Assembly (NCBI GenBank): GCA_019057375.1
Contig: DXJF01000008.1
Coordinates: 1 to 16,084, forward strand
Source of the DNA: Candidatus Heimdallarchaeota archaeon
GTDB taxonomy: Archaea > Asgardarchaeota > Heimdallarchaeia > Heimdallarchaeales > Heimdallarchaeaceae
Length of the DNA: 16,084 nucleotides
Reading direction: 5' to 3'
In this document: piece after piece, positions 14,565 to 16,084 of the stretch
How the letters are laid out: each line of letters begins with the position of its first letter
Position numbering within the stretch: the first letter of the stretch is position 1
The notes under the pieces: generated by a model
Database searches by the model: none
What the model saw: only the letters and a program-made list of their open reading frames with translations
Told to the model about the DNA's origin: nothing
Made by a program: the position numbers and the translations under genes

Positions 14565-15512
14565 TCAGATTATCCAAAGAGTGTCAATAATTGTAGAATC
14601 CCCTTCTTCAAATAGCCTTAGGATCCCATTCTTAGCTAACTCATCAATTTCAACTGAAACTCTCTGTTTAGTCTCTTTGACTTGGGTTGTGAGTGTGGTT
14701 AAAGTAATTCCTCCATTTCTATGTTCTTTCAGAGCTATCAGAACGATTTCCCTTTGAAGGTCAGGTAAAGAAAGAATAGCTTTCATATCAAGATATTCTG
14801 GTTCCTTATCATGTTCAATTATGTTTTGAAGCTGTGAAGACAATTTAGAGAGTGTTTCCACATTGAAGTCATCAAGTTCATAGATCCAGTTACTTAATCT
14901 CTGAATTAAGAGCTCAATTTTAGAAAAACTATCATTAAATTTCTGGTAATAATCTTGGGAAAGAACAAGGAATAACAACACAGGGATTTTTGCACCGAAC
15001 TCGTTGTCCACCATTAAGTTAACAGGAGAGACCCATTTCTTAGTCTCTTCAACATAAAATGGTTCGAGGAATTGGTTAATCTCAGCTTCAATATTAGAAA
15101 AGAAAGCAAAGAAGAAATCTTGAGTGAAATTGTCCAACAATAACTGCTCAGAAGCTACGGGTTTGATAGTTGAATAATTCATGGTGTAATTTCCTCTAAT
15201 GTCTCGATAACTAATGAGATTGAATTCTAAAGCTTCGGATATGGATTTATGGATCTTCTGAATAGTAACTAGTACCCGAGAAGGAAGTTGTTTAGATGGA
15301 AGGAAAGATTTGATGTGACCAATCGTAATATGTCTGGAAGAAGAGAGCTTCTTATCAAAAGGGTAAGGTTTGTCATCAGTTAGAAGTTGAATATATCCTT
15401 CAATTCTGTCACTAGTTTCTATGTAGGTAAGCATGGTAGGAATAGTAATTCTATTAGCAGAGGTTACAGATGATTCAAAGGTATAAGGTAACTTCATTAC
15501 AACACTTTCCAT
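14565..15512 (-). CDS. Multi-domain protein: tandem AbrB/MraZ-like hairpins + NPRL2/uDENN-like longin + C-terminal winged helix
   Basis: Internal repeat FESSVTSANRITIP / FDKKLSSSRHITIG. Central FNLISYRDIRG..KKWVSPVNLMVD..LLFLVL..IELLIQRLSNWIYELD. C-terminal LQREIVLIALKEH..GITLTTL..TKQRVSVEIDELAKNGILRL. The CDS is secure; the domain calls are by eye. Confidence 0.6.
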   Translation of the reverse strand: MESVVMKLPYTFESSVTSANRITIPTMLTYIETSDRIEGYIQLLTDDKPYPFDKKLSSSRHITIGHIKSFLPSKQLPSRVLVTIQKIHKSISEALEFNLISYRDIRGNYTMNYSTIKPVASEQLLLDNFTQDFFFAFFSNIEAEINQFLEPFYVEETKKWVSPVNLMVDNEFGAKIPVLLFLVLSQDYYQKFNDSFSKIELLIQRLSNWIYELDDFNVETLSKLSSQLQNIIEHDKEPEYLDMKAILSLPDLQREIVLIALKEHRNGGITLTTLTTQVKETKQRVSVEIDELAKNGILRLFEEGDSTIIDTLWII

Positions 15513-15563
15513 TCTAAGTAAAGTAAGAAAAAAGACAATTTATCAGATAAAAGGTTTTGTCTT

Positions 15564-16084
15564 TCATATTTCAATCTGCTCTTGTTTTGTGGTCTCTTCA
15601 GGGACAGGTTCAAAACCTTTCTTGAAAGGTTTGATTTTACGATTGAAAACTTCTTTTTCAGCTAAGTAAATAAGAGCAATGCAATAAAGAAGGAAGTTGA
15701 TTAGAGGAATGAAATATCCCCAAACGCCAATAGCTACAATGAAGCAGAATAATCCTACTAAAAAGAGGAAAATCAGCTCTGCATGTTTAGCTGTTGCAGT
15801 TGTAAATGGTAAGAGTAGATCAGCAAAATCTGGAAGAGCAAAAAAGCAAAAGCAGATTATAAGATAAACTATTAACCATCTACCAACAGGAAAATTAATC
15901 CAGTTAAAGAAAGCTATCAAATCAGGATGAAATTGAATAAGTAAAATGACAACAACTATGTTCATTAGAGGAGCTATGCCAATTAGTAGCGCATGCCAGA
16001 CATTCTTGAGATCGCCTGAAAGACTCTGACTTGACACATCTCGAAGCGTCATACTCATATGAAAACTTACCTTAATGTCATATC
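15564..16084 (-). CDS. Polytopic membrane protein, 5' end probably beyond the right edge; possibly an M50-like metalloprotease fragment
   Basis: The frame is open upstream of ATG 16058 to the window end (..YDIKVSFH-MSMT), so the true start may lie outside. About 4 TMs, with ALLIGIAP and FALPDFAD motifs. No HExxH is visible in the window. Confidence 0.7.
   Translation of the reverse strand, partial: YDIKVSFHMSMTLRDVSSQSLSGDLKNVWHALLIGIAPLMNIVVVILLIQFHPDLIAFFNWINFPVGRWLIVYLIICFCFFALPDFADLLLPFTTATAKHAELIFLFLVGLFCFIVAIGVWGYFIPLINFLLYCIALIYLAEKEVFNRKIKPFKKGFEPVPEETTKQEQIEI

Noticed and set aside
14560-14757. 65-aa + strand ORF
   Set aside because: Antisense to the winged-helix region of 14565-15512.
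1-16084. CRISPR arrays, tRNA/rRNA genes, IS elements
   Set aside because: No regularly spaced DNA repeats, cloverleaf-like segments, transposase motifs or terminal inverted repeats seen. The eight repeats at 4981-7446 are protein-level only.

Overview
AT-rich, densely coding archaeal window. The small-GTPase, longin and DENN-like content, a PEF-CTERM protein, TATA-like boxes and a GGTGA ribosome-binding site suggest an Asgard archaeon (inference). Left to right: (1) a CBS-containing IMP dehydrogenase gene, missing from the ORF track, interrupted just before its catalytic Cys by a LAGLIDADG intein that runs off the window; (2) a multi-TM protein with a C-terminal zinc ribbon; (3) a small membrane-protein gene split by a 1-nt frameshift; (4) an SDR-type L-threonine 3-dehydrogenase; (5) a ~918-aa secreted PEF-CTERM surface protein with eight ~103-aa aromatic-rich repeats; (6) an Arf/Sar1-like GTPase fused to a C-terminal longin-like domain; (7) an ADP-forming acetate-CoA ligase alpha subunit; (8) four small ORFs, three of them 2-TM; (9) a longin+DENN, folliculin-like protein; (10) a tail-anchored zinc-ribbon/PQ-rich protein; (11) an AF0577-type radical SAM/SPASM enzyme; (12) a protein with tandem AbrB-like hairpins, an NPRL2-like longin domain and a winged helix; (13) a 5'-truncated membrane protein. 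The best candidate for an undescribed system is the clustering within about 7.5 kb of a GTPase with Rag-like architecture and of folliculin-like and NPRL2-like proteins, whose eukaryotic counterparts are Rag GAPs, among amino-acid catabolism and GTP synthesis genes. All domain calls were made by eye from motifs and recalled family consensus. No searches were run.
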